64,000 nucleotides of DNA, from positions 10,391-74,390 of the forward strand of contig JAZNFP010000045.1 in the NCBI GenBank assembly GCA_045576095.1, written 5' to 3'. Of the stretch, positions 18,101-26,463 are shown one piece after another. The notes below the pieces were generated by a model. The model was not told the origin of the DNA. It saw nothing but the letters and a program-made list of their open reading frames with translations, and did not search any database. The DNA comes from Eubacteriales bacterium. Lineage in GTDB: Bacteria > Bacillota > Clostridia > Oscillospirales > CAG-272. A program made the position numbers and the translations under genes. How positions within the stretch are numbered: position 1 is the first letter of the stretch; each line of letters opens with the position of its first letter.

Positions 18101-18914
18101 CGATTGCCTTTTTGTAGGCGTTTTTGTATGCAGTGGAGAAGGTACTCGACGCAATCGAGAACACCCCTGTCCAGTATTTTCCAAAGGCGGTTACATCACC
18201 GATCTCGCCATCGTACTGGCATTTTCTGTATGCGCCGGTGCTGCTTCCGATAATCGAGTCGAAATCGGTCGTCAGATTCTCGAACACGTCAAGGATCGAC
18301 TGCTGCATCGGGATGACGATGGTTTCAAGATAATCCTCATGCAGAATCGCCTCGGGAAGTGCGTAACGCGATACGGTATCACCGAGAACGTACTCAACGC
18401 GGATACCGGTTCTGCGGACACCGCTATCATCGAGCTTGGATATCTTGGAAATCAAGATCTGTCCCTTCTGTGCCGCCAGCTTAAAGCTGTTCTCATCAAC
18501 GTACGAGGTACCCGAGAGAATGTCGGTATAGCTGATCCAGACCTGCGAGAGCATATCGCTCATCCAATCTTCGGAGGGCTTGCCGTTGGCGCTCGGCTTT
18601 GCGACATCAACGGGATTGGTGGTCAGATACTGCCCTGTATAAAGGTTCTTAAGATAAACCTCGCCGGTATACTTGTTTGCGTACAGAGCGAACTGATCGT
18701 TCTGCGCGTAGAGGTAGGTATACCCGAGAGCAATCTCATCCTGCACCTTTTCCTCCGCGGTCAGGAAGGTTGCTTCAAAGGCGTGCTTGGTAGCCGCCTC
18801 GTAAATCAGCTGATCGCCGTCGCCTGAGGACGATGCACCCGCGGGGATCGCAACGATGCAGGAGGTCAGTACCGTCAGCACCGCAAGCATAAAAGCAATG
18901 ATTTTGTTTTTCAT
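15165..18914 (-). CDS. 1249-aa secreted or lipid-anchored protein of unknown function (possibly DUF5696-like; sandwich plus barrel-like pattern)
   Basis: N-terminal signal peptide with a possible lipobox LTSC. Segments such as YLFFPDGSGALI, KFRLLGFYNGGVEGKYP, IEIILGVDLMYNY, LSLDYMAEDL and VPFYGMVMHGTVEY suggest alternating beta/alpha units. Ala/Asp-rich helical C-terminal region. Confidence 0.85.
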   Translation of the reverse strand: MKNKIIAFMLAVLTVLTSCIVAIPAGASSSGDGDQLIYEAATKHAFEATFLTAEEKVQDEIALGYTYLYAQNDQFALYANKYTGEVYLKNLYTGQYLTTNPVDVAKPSANGKPSEDWMSDMLSQVWISYTDILSGTSYVDENSFKLAAQKGQILISKISKLDDSGVRRTGIRVEYVLGDTVSRYALPEAILHEDYLETIVIPMQQSILDVFENLTTDFDSIIGSSTGAYRKCQYDGEIGDVTAFGKYWTGVFSIASSTFSTAYKNAYKKAIAGDRELYDEMLLDLKQAGVIDEHALELPSDIVFRKWIVGILTDYETLTGRYKQFDPNKTEVTEDLLKLYPVLDDVDPVTGLKPVIWTLESGIPTNKKIELQNILTSVNTGYTVDDMLKQEAKVGFKYAEKPRPVFRCAIEYLLDDEGMTYSLPASSISFDESKYRLDGLSILRYFAANDKNEEGYLFFPDGSGALINNEDVTTTVIKQPVYGYDYAYSTIEGKKTQTVRLPVYGAVNTDADTGITTGFFAIITEGDSLVTLSAGVRKSSRHLTIYQSYTPRPTDSYSISGAANIPIFSDTKYVGNYTTKIVMLLDPTLQTLVPSGAPATYTASYVEMARYYRNYLINVTETLSELTDTDVKSRIPLFIESYGTLKTTEKILTFPVKVDVALTTFDDVETMHTELAEQGIGNVKFRLLGFYNGGVEGKYPKKLKLMKEVGGKKGLNRLLSYAEENAASGIEIILGVDLMYNYQNRGLGGISKKKTTVRSMDNRYASKQMYDTVYQGFFSYFSLCVSADQLTGLFNKFNKKLSKFNVTALSLDYMAEDLTSNFSENNSFDRETAKDYLVSTLESISSKYSKLLSTGGNVYALKYVDYLLNAPVDSSRYFCASRTVPFYGMVMHGTVEYAGAPFNETGNPDYELLRAIESGSAMYYVLCYRNTDLMKEDFLLSKHYSANYSIWKEDVIRYYGILDDAIGDLQTHQLYDHQFLVAERVVTDAEREEALKKLEDEYFSLLLAQHDAVLVRKGALVRELIRAGKAIAAAADDDAKQLVYDELAALIIGGPDADGAYVEGLDADVAGMIADLRAADADLTDGTALKKLVDDGDVLLTEGQALYLTFDRAAILEDIANGFSVSFAADILAADSVLSDAYDRICRRLDDFIAANETASGNIEVATAGVEDYLNKTKLSYFTTSLSTDASYKHTDFSLDDGSVVMVTYKKGSDEVRLILNFSIFEVKVELEGRSLTLDKYEFVRLDPR

Positions 18915-18930
18915 TTGTTCACCCCGTTCG

Positions 18931-21201
18931 TTATGTCCGATAACTGATTTCCGTCACAATCGACGAAATAAACTGTACCATCTTAGCAATCAGGCTGGAG
19001 AAGAGGATCGTCACGAACATGATTACGCAGATACAAATGATCGTTCCTAAGGTTGTGATGACGTTTTTGTTGAGCGAATAGTCGTGGGTAACGAGCATGC
19101 CGAAGAATACGAGGAATGCGACCCAGATCCATCCGAAAACGACGATCATCGTTGCGATCGAGCCCTCATCCTTGGTCATGAAGTTCTGCATGAGCGTCGA
19201 AACGACAAGCAGCGCCGGCATGGGAGCCAAGGAATAGCCAACGGCAATGAAGACATCCTTGAAGGAGCCCTCGCCGTCAAACAGCGTCGTCAAGCACCAG
19301 TTCGCGGTCGTCCAAAGAATGACGGGAACGAGAATCGAAACGATCTGAATCAGAATGCTCGAGCCGTCCTCATACGGATCGAAGATATATCCGCGACCGA
19401 CCGACTGGTAGTAGAAGGCCAGAATCGTAAGCGCAACGTAGGTCATCGCCGCACGAACCGATCCTCTGTGCTCATGCTTGATATCCCAGAAGCCGTCGAA
19501 GGGATGGAAGATCAGATGGAAGGCATATACGAGCTCCTCCCAATAGGTCTTTTTACCGACCTTGAGCGCCACGCGCGTGTTAAACTTCTTTGCCTTGCCC
19601 AAAATTTTAATGACCGCAACCAAAACGGCGATTACACCGAGGACAAGAAAAACAAAGTACTTCGAGATCCATTTGGTACGAAGCTGTGCGTAGGCATCCG
19701 AGTAGTAGGTCGTCTCGTGCGCTGCCTTGAAGTACTCCATCGCACGCTCGTAATCCTCTTCGGTCTTTGCGTTTCGATAAATCGCTTTACCGATACCGAT
19801 ATAAGCAGAGTCGAAGTTGTTATTGCGCTGCAGGATCTCGGTCCAGATGAGCTCTGCCTGATCGTAGAGGTTTCTGTTTTCCTGTGCAAGCGCCTCAATG
19901 AGAAGATCTCCGTAGCTCGTGCGCTCAAAGACCGTAAAGGAGTTGGCGTTGTAATCAAGGAGCAGAAGTCTGCTTCCCTGATAGGTAACGGCACGGACGG
20001 TCTTCAGGGTTCCGAGCGTGGTTCCTCCGTCGCCGAAGGCATGCAGCAGAACGCCGTCGGAGTTGTAGGTGTAAACGCGGCTTCTCTTCGAGTCGATGAT
20101 CGACCAAGAGCCCTCGGGACCGACGGCAATATCGGCAATCGAGGAAACTCCGCCGACCGTCGCTCCGGTCGTGGCGTCTACGGTCAAGCTGCCGAGCGTC
20201 ACCGCAACCTCGCCGCCGCAATCGAAGAAGCCGTTGCGGTTCATGATCTCCTTACCGCCGGAGTTGAGCTTCTTCACGGGAGAGTACGAGGAGCTCTTGG
20301 AGGTAATCGACTTTCTCTGGTTCTCAAGGTCGGCAGCATCGGTAAAGATGATCGTACCGTAAATGAAGCCTTTGTCGTCAACCGTAATGTTGTTGTAGGT
20401 CGTAGGGACGAACTGCTTGGAGCTGGCTCTGTCCTCTGCCGACTTAAAGCGACGCCAGAAAATCTCAAACACGCTTGCCGAAACCTTCTGAGCACCGATA
20501 AATCCGGTGAACTCACCGTTATCGCTTGCGAGAACGATAATACCCTCGTTACAGGTCGATGCAACGATATACACACGGCCGTACTTATCAACAGCGCAGG
20601 CCTTCGGGGTATACGCACCCTCGGCAAGAAGCGCCGTCTCGGGTCTCTCGATGATCTTGTGGAAGGAGCAATCGGAGCGGTTGAAGATCACGATACGGCT
20701 GTTTCCCGAGTCACATACGTAGATATAATCCTTGTAGATGAACAAGCCCTGGGGAGTCTTCAGTCTATCGTAATCGGCGGTCGTGCTCGGGAAGAAATCA
20801 ATTGCATTCTTGAACTTATACGCATAGTCAAGAACGATAACGCGGTTGTTGTCGGTATCGGAGATGTATACGTTGCCGTCCGAATCGGTGGCAATGTCAC
20901 CGGGATGCAGAAGCGTGGCGGAAAACGCCTTCTCCGCCTCTGCAGCCGGATTGGCAAAACCGGTTCCTTCAAAATAGCGGGTTGCACGCTCGATATACGC
21001 ATCCTTATACCGGTCAAGCTTCATGTAGCTTCCGTCAACGACGGGAGAAATCGGCGAATATGCCGCAGGGGAAAACAAGATGTCGCCCTGGCTCGAATAG
21101 ATGTAGGTGTCGTAGGATTCGCTTGCACTGACCGGAACCGTTCCGAAAAGGAGAATGGCAAGGCACGCGAATGCCAGAATACTGAGTAGCTTTTTATTCA
21201 T
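18931..21201 (-). CDS. NHL-repeat beta-propeller / TPR-like / Yip1-domain fusion membrane protein
   Basis: Signal peptide. About six NHL-like blades (GNVYISDTDNNRVIVLD, YIYVCDSGNSRIVIFN, GRVYIVAST, SRVYTYNSDG, ...). A helical TPR-like segment, one TM helix, then HPFDGFWDIKHEHRGS plus five TM helices typical of bacterial Yip1 family proteins. ATG 21201 has better RBS spacing than 21207. Confidence 0.85.
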   Translation of the reverse strand: MNKKLLSILAFACLAILLFGTVPVSASESYDTYIYSSQGDILFSPAAYSPISPVVDGSYMKLDRYKDAYIERATRYFEGTGFANPAAEAEKAFSATLLHPGDIATDSDGNVYISDTDNNRVIVLDYAYKFKNAIDFFPSTTADYDRLKTPQGLFIYKDYIYVCDSGNSRIVIFNRSDCSFHKIIERPETALLAEGAYTPKACAVDKYGRVYIVASTCNEGIIVLASDNGEFTGFIGAQKVSASVFEIFWRRFKSAEDRASSKQFVPTTYNNITVDDKGFIYGTIIFTDAADLENQRKSITSKSSSYSPVKKLNSGGKEIMNRNGFFDCGGEVAVTLGSLTVDATTGATVGGVSSIADIAVGPEGSWSIIDSKRSRVYTYNSDGVLLHAFGDGGTTLGTLKTVRAVTYQGSRLLLLDYNANSFTVFERTSYGDLLIEALAQENRNLYDQAELIWTEILQRNNNFDSAYIGIGKAIYRNAKTEEDYERAMEYFKAAHETTYYSDAYAQLRTKWISKYFVFLVLGVIAVLVAVIKILGKAKKFNTRVALKVGKKTYWEELVYAFHLIFHPFDGFWDIKHEHRGSVRAAMTYVALTILAFYYQSVGRGYIFDPYEDGSSILIQIVSILVPVILWTTANWCLTTLFDGEGSFKDVFIAVGYSLAPMPALLVVSTLMQNFMTKDEGSIATMIVVFGWIWVAFLVFFGMLVTHDYSLNKNVITTLGTIICICVIMFVTILFSSLIAKMVQFISSIVTEISYRT

Positions 21202-21219
21202 CTTCATTCTCTCCTTTCG

Positions 21220-22092
21220 TTAATCCTTCATTCCGCTTGCGCCCATCGTCTCAATAATCTTACTCTGGCTGATGACAAAGACGATGATCGGAACCGCCAT
21301 CATAACGACGACCGCTGCAGCACCTGCACCCGAACGGGCGATACCGCCGGCGACGATCTGCTGGATCGCGTAGTTAAATGTCTTGAGCTGCTCGGAATGA
21401 ATGTAAATTGAGGCACCCATGTTCCACAGGTTCTTAAAGCTCTCGATGATCAGCGTCAGCCACGCGGGCTTAACCATCGGCATGGCGATTACCCAGAAGG
21501 TTCGAAGCTCGCTGGCGCCGTCAAGACGCGCGCTCTCCAGAACCGTATCGGGAACCGAGGACTCCATAAACTGCTTCATCAGGTAAAGACCGAGAGTTGA
21601 CGCCATCGCGGGAACGATGACCGAAAGATAGGTATCAACCCAGTGGAAGGCACTGAGCAGGATGAAGTGCGTCACCTGGTTAACCGTCGAATGGAACATC
21701 AGGGACATGACGATGACCTGGAACATCCAGTTACGGCCCGGGAACTTCAGCTTGGCAAGCGCATAGGCTGCCATTGAGCCGAGGAACAGGTTTCCTGCGG
21801 TACCCGATGCGGTGATAAACACCGTATTGAAGATGTAACGCGAGAACGGAACCCAGGAGTCGGTCATCAGCGTAAAGAGATCGGAGTAGTTGGCAAGCGT
21901 GGGTCTGCGAGGAAGGAAGCGAGGCGGGAACATGAACAGCTCGTCAAGAGGCTTGAGCGACTGACCGATCGCATAAAGCATCGGCAGGAACATGAACGCA
22001 CCCATCAGCGTCAAAACGAGGGTAATACCGGCGTCTCCTCCGGCAGAACGGTTCAGGACAACTTTATGACCACGTGTTCTAAGTTTTTTCAT
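21220..22092 (-). CDS. Carbohydrate ABC transporter permease (MalG type), first pair
   Basis: EAA-type loop ESARLDGASELRTFWVIAMPMVKP. Six TM helices. Confidence 0.9.
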   Translation of the reverse strand: MKKLRTRGHKVVLNRSAGGDAGITLVLTLMGAFMFLPMLYAIGQSLKPLDELFMFPPRFLPRRPTLANYSDLFTLMTDSWVPFSRYIFNTVFITASGTAGNLFLGSMAAYALAKLKFPGRNWMFQVIVMSLMFHSTVNQVTHFILLSAFHWVDTYLSVIVPAMASTLGLYLMKQFMESSVPDTVLESARLDGASELRTFWVIAMPMVKPAWLTLIIESFKNLWNMGASIYIHSEQLKTFNYAIQQIVAGGIARSGAGAAAVVVMMAVPIIVFVISQSKIIETMGASGMKD

Positions 22093-22093
22093 A

Positions 22094-23176
22094 TCACTGT
22101 CCCACCTTCGAAAGAGCTTTCTTGATAACCATATTACAAGTAATCATGATAACGAAGAGAATGACGGCGATCGCCGAAGCGTAACCGACCTCATATCTCT
22201 GTCCGCCGTAGTCATCCAGGTGATGCATGATCGTATGTGCCGCGTAGTTGACCGAGGGCATTCCGCAAAGCGCGGTAACGATTGCACCGAAGCCGAAGGA
22301 CTGCGTGATCGAAAGAACGGCACCGAACATCAGCTGAGGACGCATGGTCGGGAGCGTGATGAACCACAGCTCCTGCCAACGGTTCTTGATTCCGTCAACG
22401 GCTGCTGCCTCGTAAAGGCTGCGGTCAACCGTCTGAAGTCCTGCGATAAAGGACAGGAACGCGGTACCGAGCGAGGTCCAAAGAGCGACGACGATACAAA
22501 GGGGCATAACCCAGTCGGCATCCTTGAAGAACAGAATCGGCTCGCTGATGAAATCAAATTCGATCAAAAATGCGTTTGCCCAGCCATAGTAGTCGGACGA
22601 GAAGAAGGTCTGCCATACCATGTAGACCGAGCCCGAAATCGAGGGGGCATAGAAGATCAGCGTTACGAGAGCACGAAGCTTCGGGGGCAGCTCATTGATG
22701 AACCATGCAATGAGCAACGCCATGATGTAGGAAACGGGGCCTGTGATCGAGGCAAAGATCAGGGTATTCTTCGCGGCGATCAGGAAAATCTCGTCGTTAA
22801 GCAGCAAACGAGAGAAGTTGTCAAATCCAACGAGGTGCGGGAACTGAAGCATGTTGAAGTCGGTCAAGCTCAGAACCATCGACAGGATAACGGGAAGCAC
22901 GGTGAAGATGAAGAACAGAATCATAAAGGGGGCGACCATGAAATACGCAACCTTATTCTTCTTCATCTCGTTCCAGATCCACTGCCGACGCGTCATTTCC
23001 GCGCGGGATACCGGACTCGATGCATTGTTTCCGTTTTGTGAACCGCTCGTCTTTTTCCGAGTCACGAGCGACTTGGTCTTCCCGGCCACGGAAAGGGCAC
23101 CGGATTTGCATTTGGTGCCGATTCCCTTAAGCCCGGACACAAGACGCGCGCCAAAGGATTCATTGCCTTGTGACAT
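22094..23176 (-). CDS. Carbohydrate ABC transporter permease (MalF type) with an N-terminal cytoplasmic extension, first pair
   Basis: EAA-type loop EAAAVDGIKNRWQELWFITLPTMRP. ATG 23176 lies 10 nt after GGAGA. The ORF-track start at 23200 is TTG. Confidence 0.9.
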   Translation of the reverse strand: MSQGNESFGARLVSGLKGIGTKCKSGALSVAGKTKSLVTRKKTSGSQNGNNASSPVSRAEMTRRQWIWNEMKKNKVAYFMVAPFMILFFIFTVLPVILSMVLSLTDFNMLQFPHLVGFDNFSRLLLNDEIFLIAAKNTLIFASITGPVSYIMALLIAWFINELPPKLRALVTLIFYAPSISGSVYMVWQTFFSSDYYGWANAFLIEFDFISEPILFFKDADWVMPLCIVVALWTSLGTAFLSFIAGLQTVDRSLYEAAAVDGIKNRWQELWFITLPTMRPQLMFGAVLSITQSFGFGAIVTALCGMPSVNYAAHTIMHHLDDYGGQRYEVGYASAIAVILFVIMITCNMVIKKALSKVGQ

Positions 23177-23218
23177 TGTGCATATTCTCCTTTTTCTCAA
23201 AATGTATTCCGGTATCTC

Positions 23219-26200
23219 TTAGTTGCTCGCTTCGGGAGAGGTCGTCGTCTCGGGGGCGCCGGTCGACATGCCGAACTCCTTACGCTTTCTCGTAATCTCA
23301 TCGTTGATTGCGTTGAGATAACCGGTCAAGGCGTCAACCGGATTCGCACCCTCGTTCTTCACGTCAAGGAATGCAAAGTCGGTGTAGCGGGCAATGATAT
23401 AGCTTCCGGGGTAGTTCACAATTGCGGAAAGGTGGTTGAGCTGATCCTGGATCGCAGCGTTCTCCTTGGTGGTCCAGGAAAGCTTCTCGATTGCACCGAG
23501 GTTTGCCGCCGCATACTTTGCGGAGGGACCGATCAGGGCAACCATGCGGTTACCGTACTCAGCCTCGACGTCTGCGCTCGTCTGCCACTTCATGAAGTTC
23601 CAGGCTGCGTCGGGATCCTTACAGCCGTGGAGCATAACGGTTGCGGTGATGGTTGCGATCGAGTTGTAATTCTTGACTCTGCCGTCGTCTCCCGCAACGC
23701 CGGGGATCGAGGAGAAGCTCCACAGACCCTTGATTTCGGTTGCAAAGACGGTCAGCGTATTATAAACGGTAATGTAATCGGAGATAACGAGAGGCATCTC
23801 ACCGGTACGGAAGCGGTTTGCGGGATCAAAGCTGACCGGGAAGCCGTAATCGGTGTAAAGGCTCGTGCAGAAGCGGAATGCCTCGAGAGCCTCGTTGGTT
23901 CCGAGACCGATCTGCGAGCCTGCGTACTCGGGATTATCCTCGTACAGCCACATGCTACCGCCATTTTGATAAAGGAAGAAATCGAGTGCGAGTGTGTAGT
24001 TAACACCGATCTCAAGGTAGTTGCTCTGGAAGATCGGGAGCAACGCAAGCACCTCGTCCCATGTGGTCGGGACGGCAACACCGAGCTCTGCGAGGACGTC
24101 GAGACGGTAGAACATCATCGGGAAGTTCATCGTCAGGGGAAGTCCGTAGGTCTTATTCTGAAGCGTCAGGGTGTTCATCGCGGCCTTGTGATAGATATCG
24201 TCCTCGGTTCCCGAGACGCCGTCGGCGCCGTATGCCGCTACGGCAAAGTCGTCAAAGTAGGAGATATCGTTGATTGCGCCGCGGATTGCATAGTTGATGA
24301 CCGAGGCACTGTCAAGTCCGAGATAAACGTCGGGGCCCTTCCCTGCCAGAACCGAAGGAAGCAAGGTCGATGCAACGACGAGCTTCAGCGAAACAGGTCC
24401 GGAGTTGTCGAGCTTGGAATAATCGCCGTCGATCAGCGAGCGCCAGATCTTCGACTGGTCACGGCCCAGAGCGAGCCAAACGTTCAGGGCAGAATCACCG
24501 AGCGACTCCTTGTCGGTCACGCCCATGTTGTCGTAATCGGTGACAAAGCTCATGAAGAACGCCTTGATCTGATAGCCGAGCGTCTGGAAGAAGTTTGCGT
24601 TTGCCTTCGGCGCCTTTGCCTCGGGAGACTGGATCGAGAGGAAGTCGATGGTCATGATCGAGGCCTTAGAGTTGTTGACCCAGGTACCGAGCGTACCGAG
24701 GTAGGACTTGAGGGTTGCGAGATTCTTTGCGATCTCGGATTCGCTGCCGCCCATCTTGGTCAGAAGATCGGAAACCGTCTTGAGCGTTGCGATATGCGAG
24801 CCGGTCGTTCCGCAGAGCTCCTCGAATCTTGCGGCAACCTCGGCAAGAGCAATCGCTTCATTATTAAAATGCCAGATTACGTTCGGCATATTGGTGGAGA
24901 AATGATAGTCGCGGTACTCGTCGGGATCTGCGCCCGTCAGCTTGATGATATCAAGATAGGCGTCGTTGATGGTCTTGAGCGAATCCTCCACGCGCTTGAT
25001 CAGATCGCCAAGCGAGCCGAGGCCAACCTCAATGTAAATGCGGTACTCAACGTCTTTATCAAAATAGAAGAGGAACTTGTCTTCGCCATCACCGAGGGGC
25101 TTGCTCTGCCAGTCCTTGTGATAATCGAAGCGAGCATTATAGGCAGCCTCGAAGGGAACGAGCGGCGTTCCGTCGTCAAGACCGTAAACGACACCGGCAT
25201 CCGCATCGCGGTTAGAGGACCACAGGCGAACGGTGCGACAGACATACATTCCCTGCAGCGAGGTCTGATGATACCGGAGATCAATATTGTAGAAGCCCGA
25301 CTTCTCAACCTTGAAGCTGTAAGCCGCCCACTGTCCGACCGTATCGAAGCTGGTTGCACCGATGACGTTGAAAAGCTGTGCAGCCGCCGACGTCGGAGAG
25401 GTGATTGCCGAGGTCGAATCGTTGCCCATGTAAACCGAGGTGTCGGAGACGAGAATCGGCTTCTCTGCCTGCACCTTGATTTTGGGTGTATCCTTCTTCG
25501 GAACCGCAGCAGCACCGTAATCTCTTACCATGTTAGCGATATACTCTGCGTAAGAAGGAGCGGTATAGGTGCCGTCGTTCGAGGGAAGAAGCGTAATCGA
25601 GCCGACAATGCAAGCCTCGCGGGATGCCTCGAGGGTAATCGTATGCTCACCCTCGGTCAGGAAGAATTTGAAATACCCCTCGGTATATCCGGTAGAATCG
25701 TTGCAAACGTAGGTTCTCCAATCCTGAACTGCTACGATCTCGGGCTGAAGGTCGTTGCCGTTGAGATCCTTTTCAAAGATGGGATTGCCCTCGTCGTCCA
25801 GCGGATAATCGTACTTCCACAGCTTCGAAAGACGGATATAGCTCGCCTCAGAGAAGGGAATGGCATCGTCAATGTAAAGCTTGCGCTCGATACCGTTAAC
25901 GGTTCCCTTAAGCGTGTAATACTCGATCGCGATGTAATAGAGGCCGTCGGACGGCGCCTCCACCTTAAAGGTTACCGATCCGGAGTTCGGAAGATATACC
26001 GAGCTTTCCGCACGGTCACCCATATTCGGCCAAGACCGGTAATCCTGGCAGAAGGCGCTGTTGATGACGAGCGCCGTATCCTCCGGATTGGTCGAGGTAA
26101 AATCGGTAAGATCAACCTCGAAAGAACCGGTGCCGTGAGGCTTGCTCTCCCAGCGCTTTTCATAAACCGAATACGAGGAGGCGTCCAAATAGGACTTCAT

Positions 26201-26365
26201 CTCATTCGGATCCTCAAAAAACTTGTTGTCAGCTACGGAATTGCCGCTTCCAGAGCTGCCGGCACCGGATGACGCGTCTGCCGACACGGTCATACCTCCG
26301 ACGCCAAAGCAGACAACGAGGGCAAGAATCAAAGCAACAAGCCGTGTGAATTTGCTCTTTTTCAT
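23219..26365 (-). CDS. Giant (~1048 aa) extracellular solute-binding protein: ~600-aa N-terminal extension plus a C-terminal family-1 SBP domain
   Basis: Signal/anchor peptide MKKSKFTRLVALILALVVCFGVGG followed by a Ser/Gly linker. The C-terminal half has SBP_bac_1-like landmarks (GKGPDVYLG, TYGLPLTMNFPMMFYR, VPTTWDEVLALL, RFRTGEMPL). The N-terminal half holds two similar beta-sandwich-like segments (FKVEAPSDGLYYIAIEYY and FKVEKSGFYNIDLRYH). Confidence 0.9.
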   Translation of the reverse strand: MKKSKFTRLVALILALVVCFGVGGMTVSADASSGAGSSGSGNSVADNKFFEDPNEMKSYLDASSYSVYEKRWESKPHGTGSFEVDLTDFTSTNPEDTALVINSAFCQDYRSWPNMGDRAESSVYLPNSGSVTFKVEAPSDGLYYIAIEYYTLKGTVNGIERKLYIDDAIPFSEASYIRLSKLWKYDYPLDDEGNPIFEKDLNGNDLQPEIVAVQDWRTYVCNDSTGYTEGYFKFFLTEGEHTITLEASREACIVGSITLLPSNDGTYTAPSYAEYIANMVRDYGAAAVPKKDTPKIKVQAEKPILVSDTSVYMGNDSTSAITSPTSAAAQLFNVIGATSFDTVGQWAAYSFKVEKSGFYNIDLRYHQTSLQGMYVCRTVRLWSSNRDADAGVVYGLDDGTPLVPFEAAYNARFDYHKDWQSKPLGDGEDKFLFYFDKDVEYRIYIEVGLGSLGDLIKRVEDSLKTINDAYLDIIKLTGADPDEYRDYHFSTNMPNVIWHFNNEAIALAEVAARFEELCGTTGSHIATLKTVSDLLTKMGGSESEIAKNLATLKSYLGTLGTWVNNSKASIMTIDFLSIQSPEAKAPKANANFFQTLGYQIKAFFMSFVTDYDNMGVTDKESLGDSALNVWLALGRDQSKIWRSLIDGDYSKLDNSGPVSLKLVVASTLLPSVLAGKGPDVYLGLDSASVINYAIRGAINDISYFDDFAVAAYGADGVSGTEDDIYHKAAMNTLTLQNKTYGLPLTMNFPMMFYRLDVLAELGVAVPTTWDEVLALLPIFQSNYLEIGVNYTLALDFFLYQNGGSMWLYEDNPEYAGSQIGLGTNEALEAFRFCTSLYTDYGFPVSFDPANRFRTGEMPLVISDYITVYNTLTVFATEIKGLWSFSSIPGVAGDDGRVKNYNSIATITATVMLHGCKDPDAAWNFMKWQTSADVEAEYGNRMVALIGPSAKYAAANLGAIEKLSWTTKENAAIQDQLNHLSAIVNYPGSYIIARYTDFAFLDVKNEGANPVDALTGYLNAINDEITRKRKEFGMSTGAPETTTSPEASN

Positions 26366-26434
26366 ACCTATACGTTCCTCCATTGGTATCTCAAAATCCA
26401 GAACAGGGCATCATGCACAGCTATGGATATTAAA

Positions 26435-26463
26435 ATCATACCACATTGCTCCCTGATTGTCAA
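26435..26463 (-). promoter_or_regulatory. Near-consensus SigA promoter of the seven-gene operon
   Basis: On the minus strand: TTGACA (26463-26458), 17-bp spacer, TGgTATGAT (-10 at 26440-26435). AT-rich A-tract region upstream (26470-26760). Confidence 0.6.

Noticed and set aside
16239-18827. 862-aa plus-strand ORF
   Set aside because: It is antisense to the 1249-aa secreted-protein gene. It has no RBS, an Arg/Leu/Gly-rich composition and no domain-like motifs. The minus-strand frame has a signal peptide and sits in a coherent operon.
19084-21189. 701-aa plus-strand ORF
   Set aside because: It is antisense to the NHL-Yip1 gene, for the same reasons as above.
23432-26272. 946-aa plus-strand ORF
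   Set aside because: It is antisense to the giant SBP gene. The minus-strand product has clear SBP motifs and a signal peptide.
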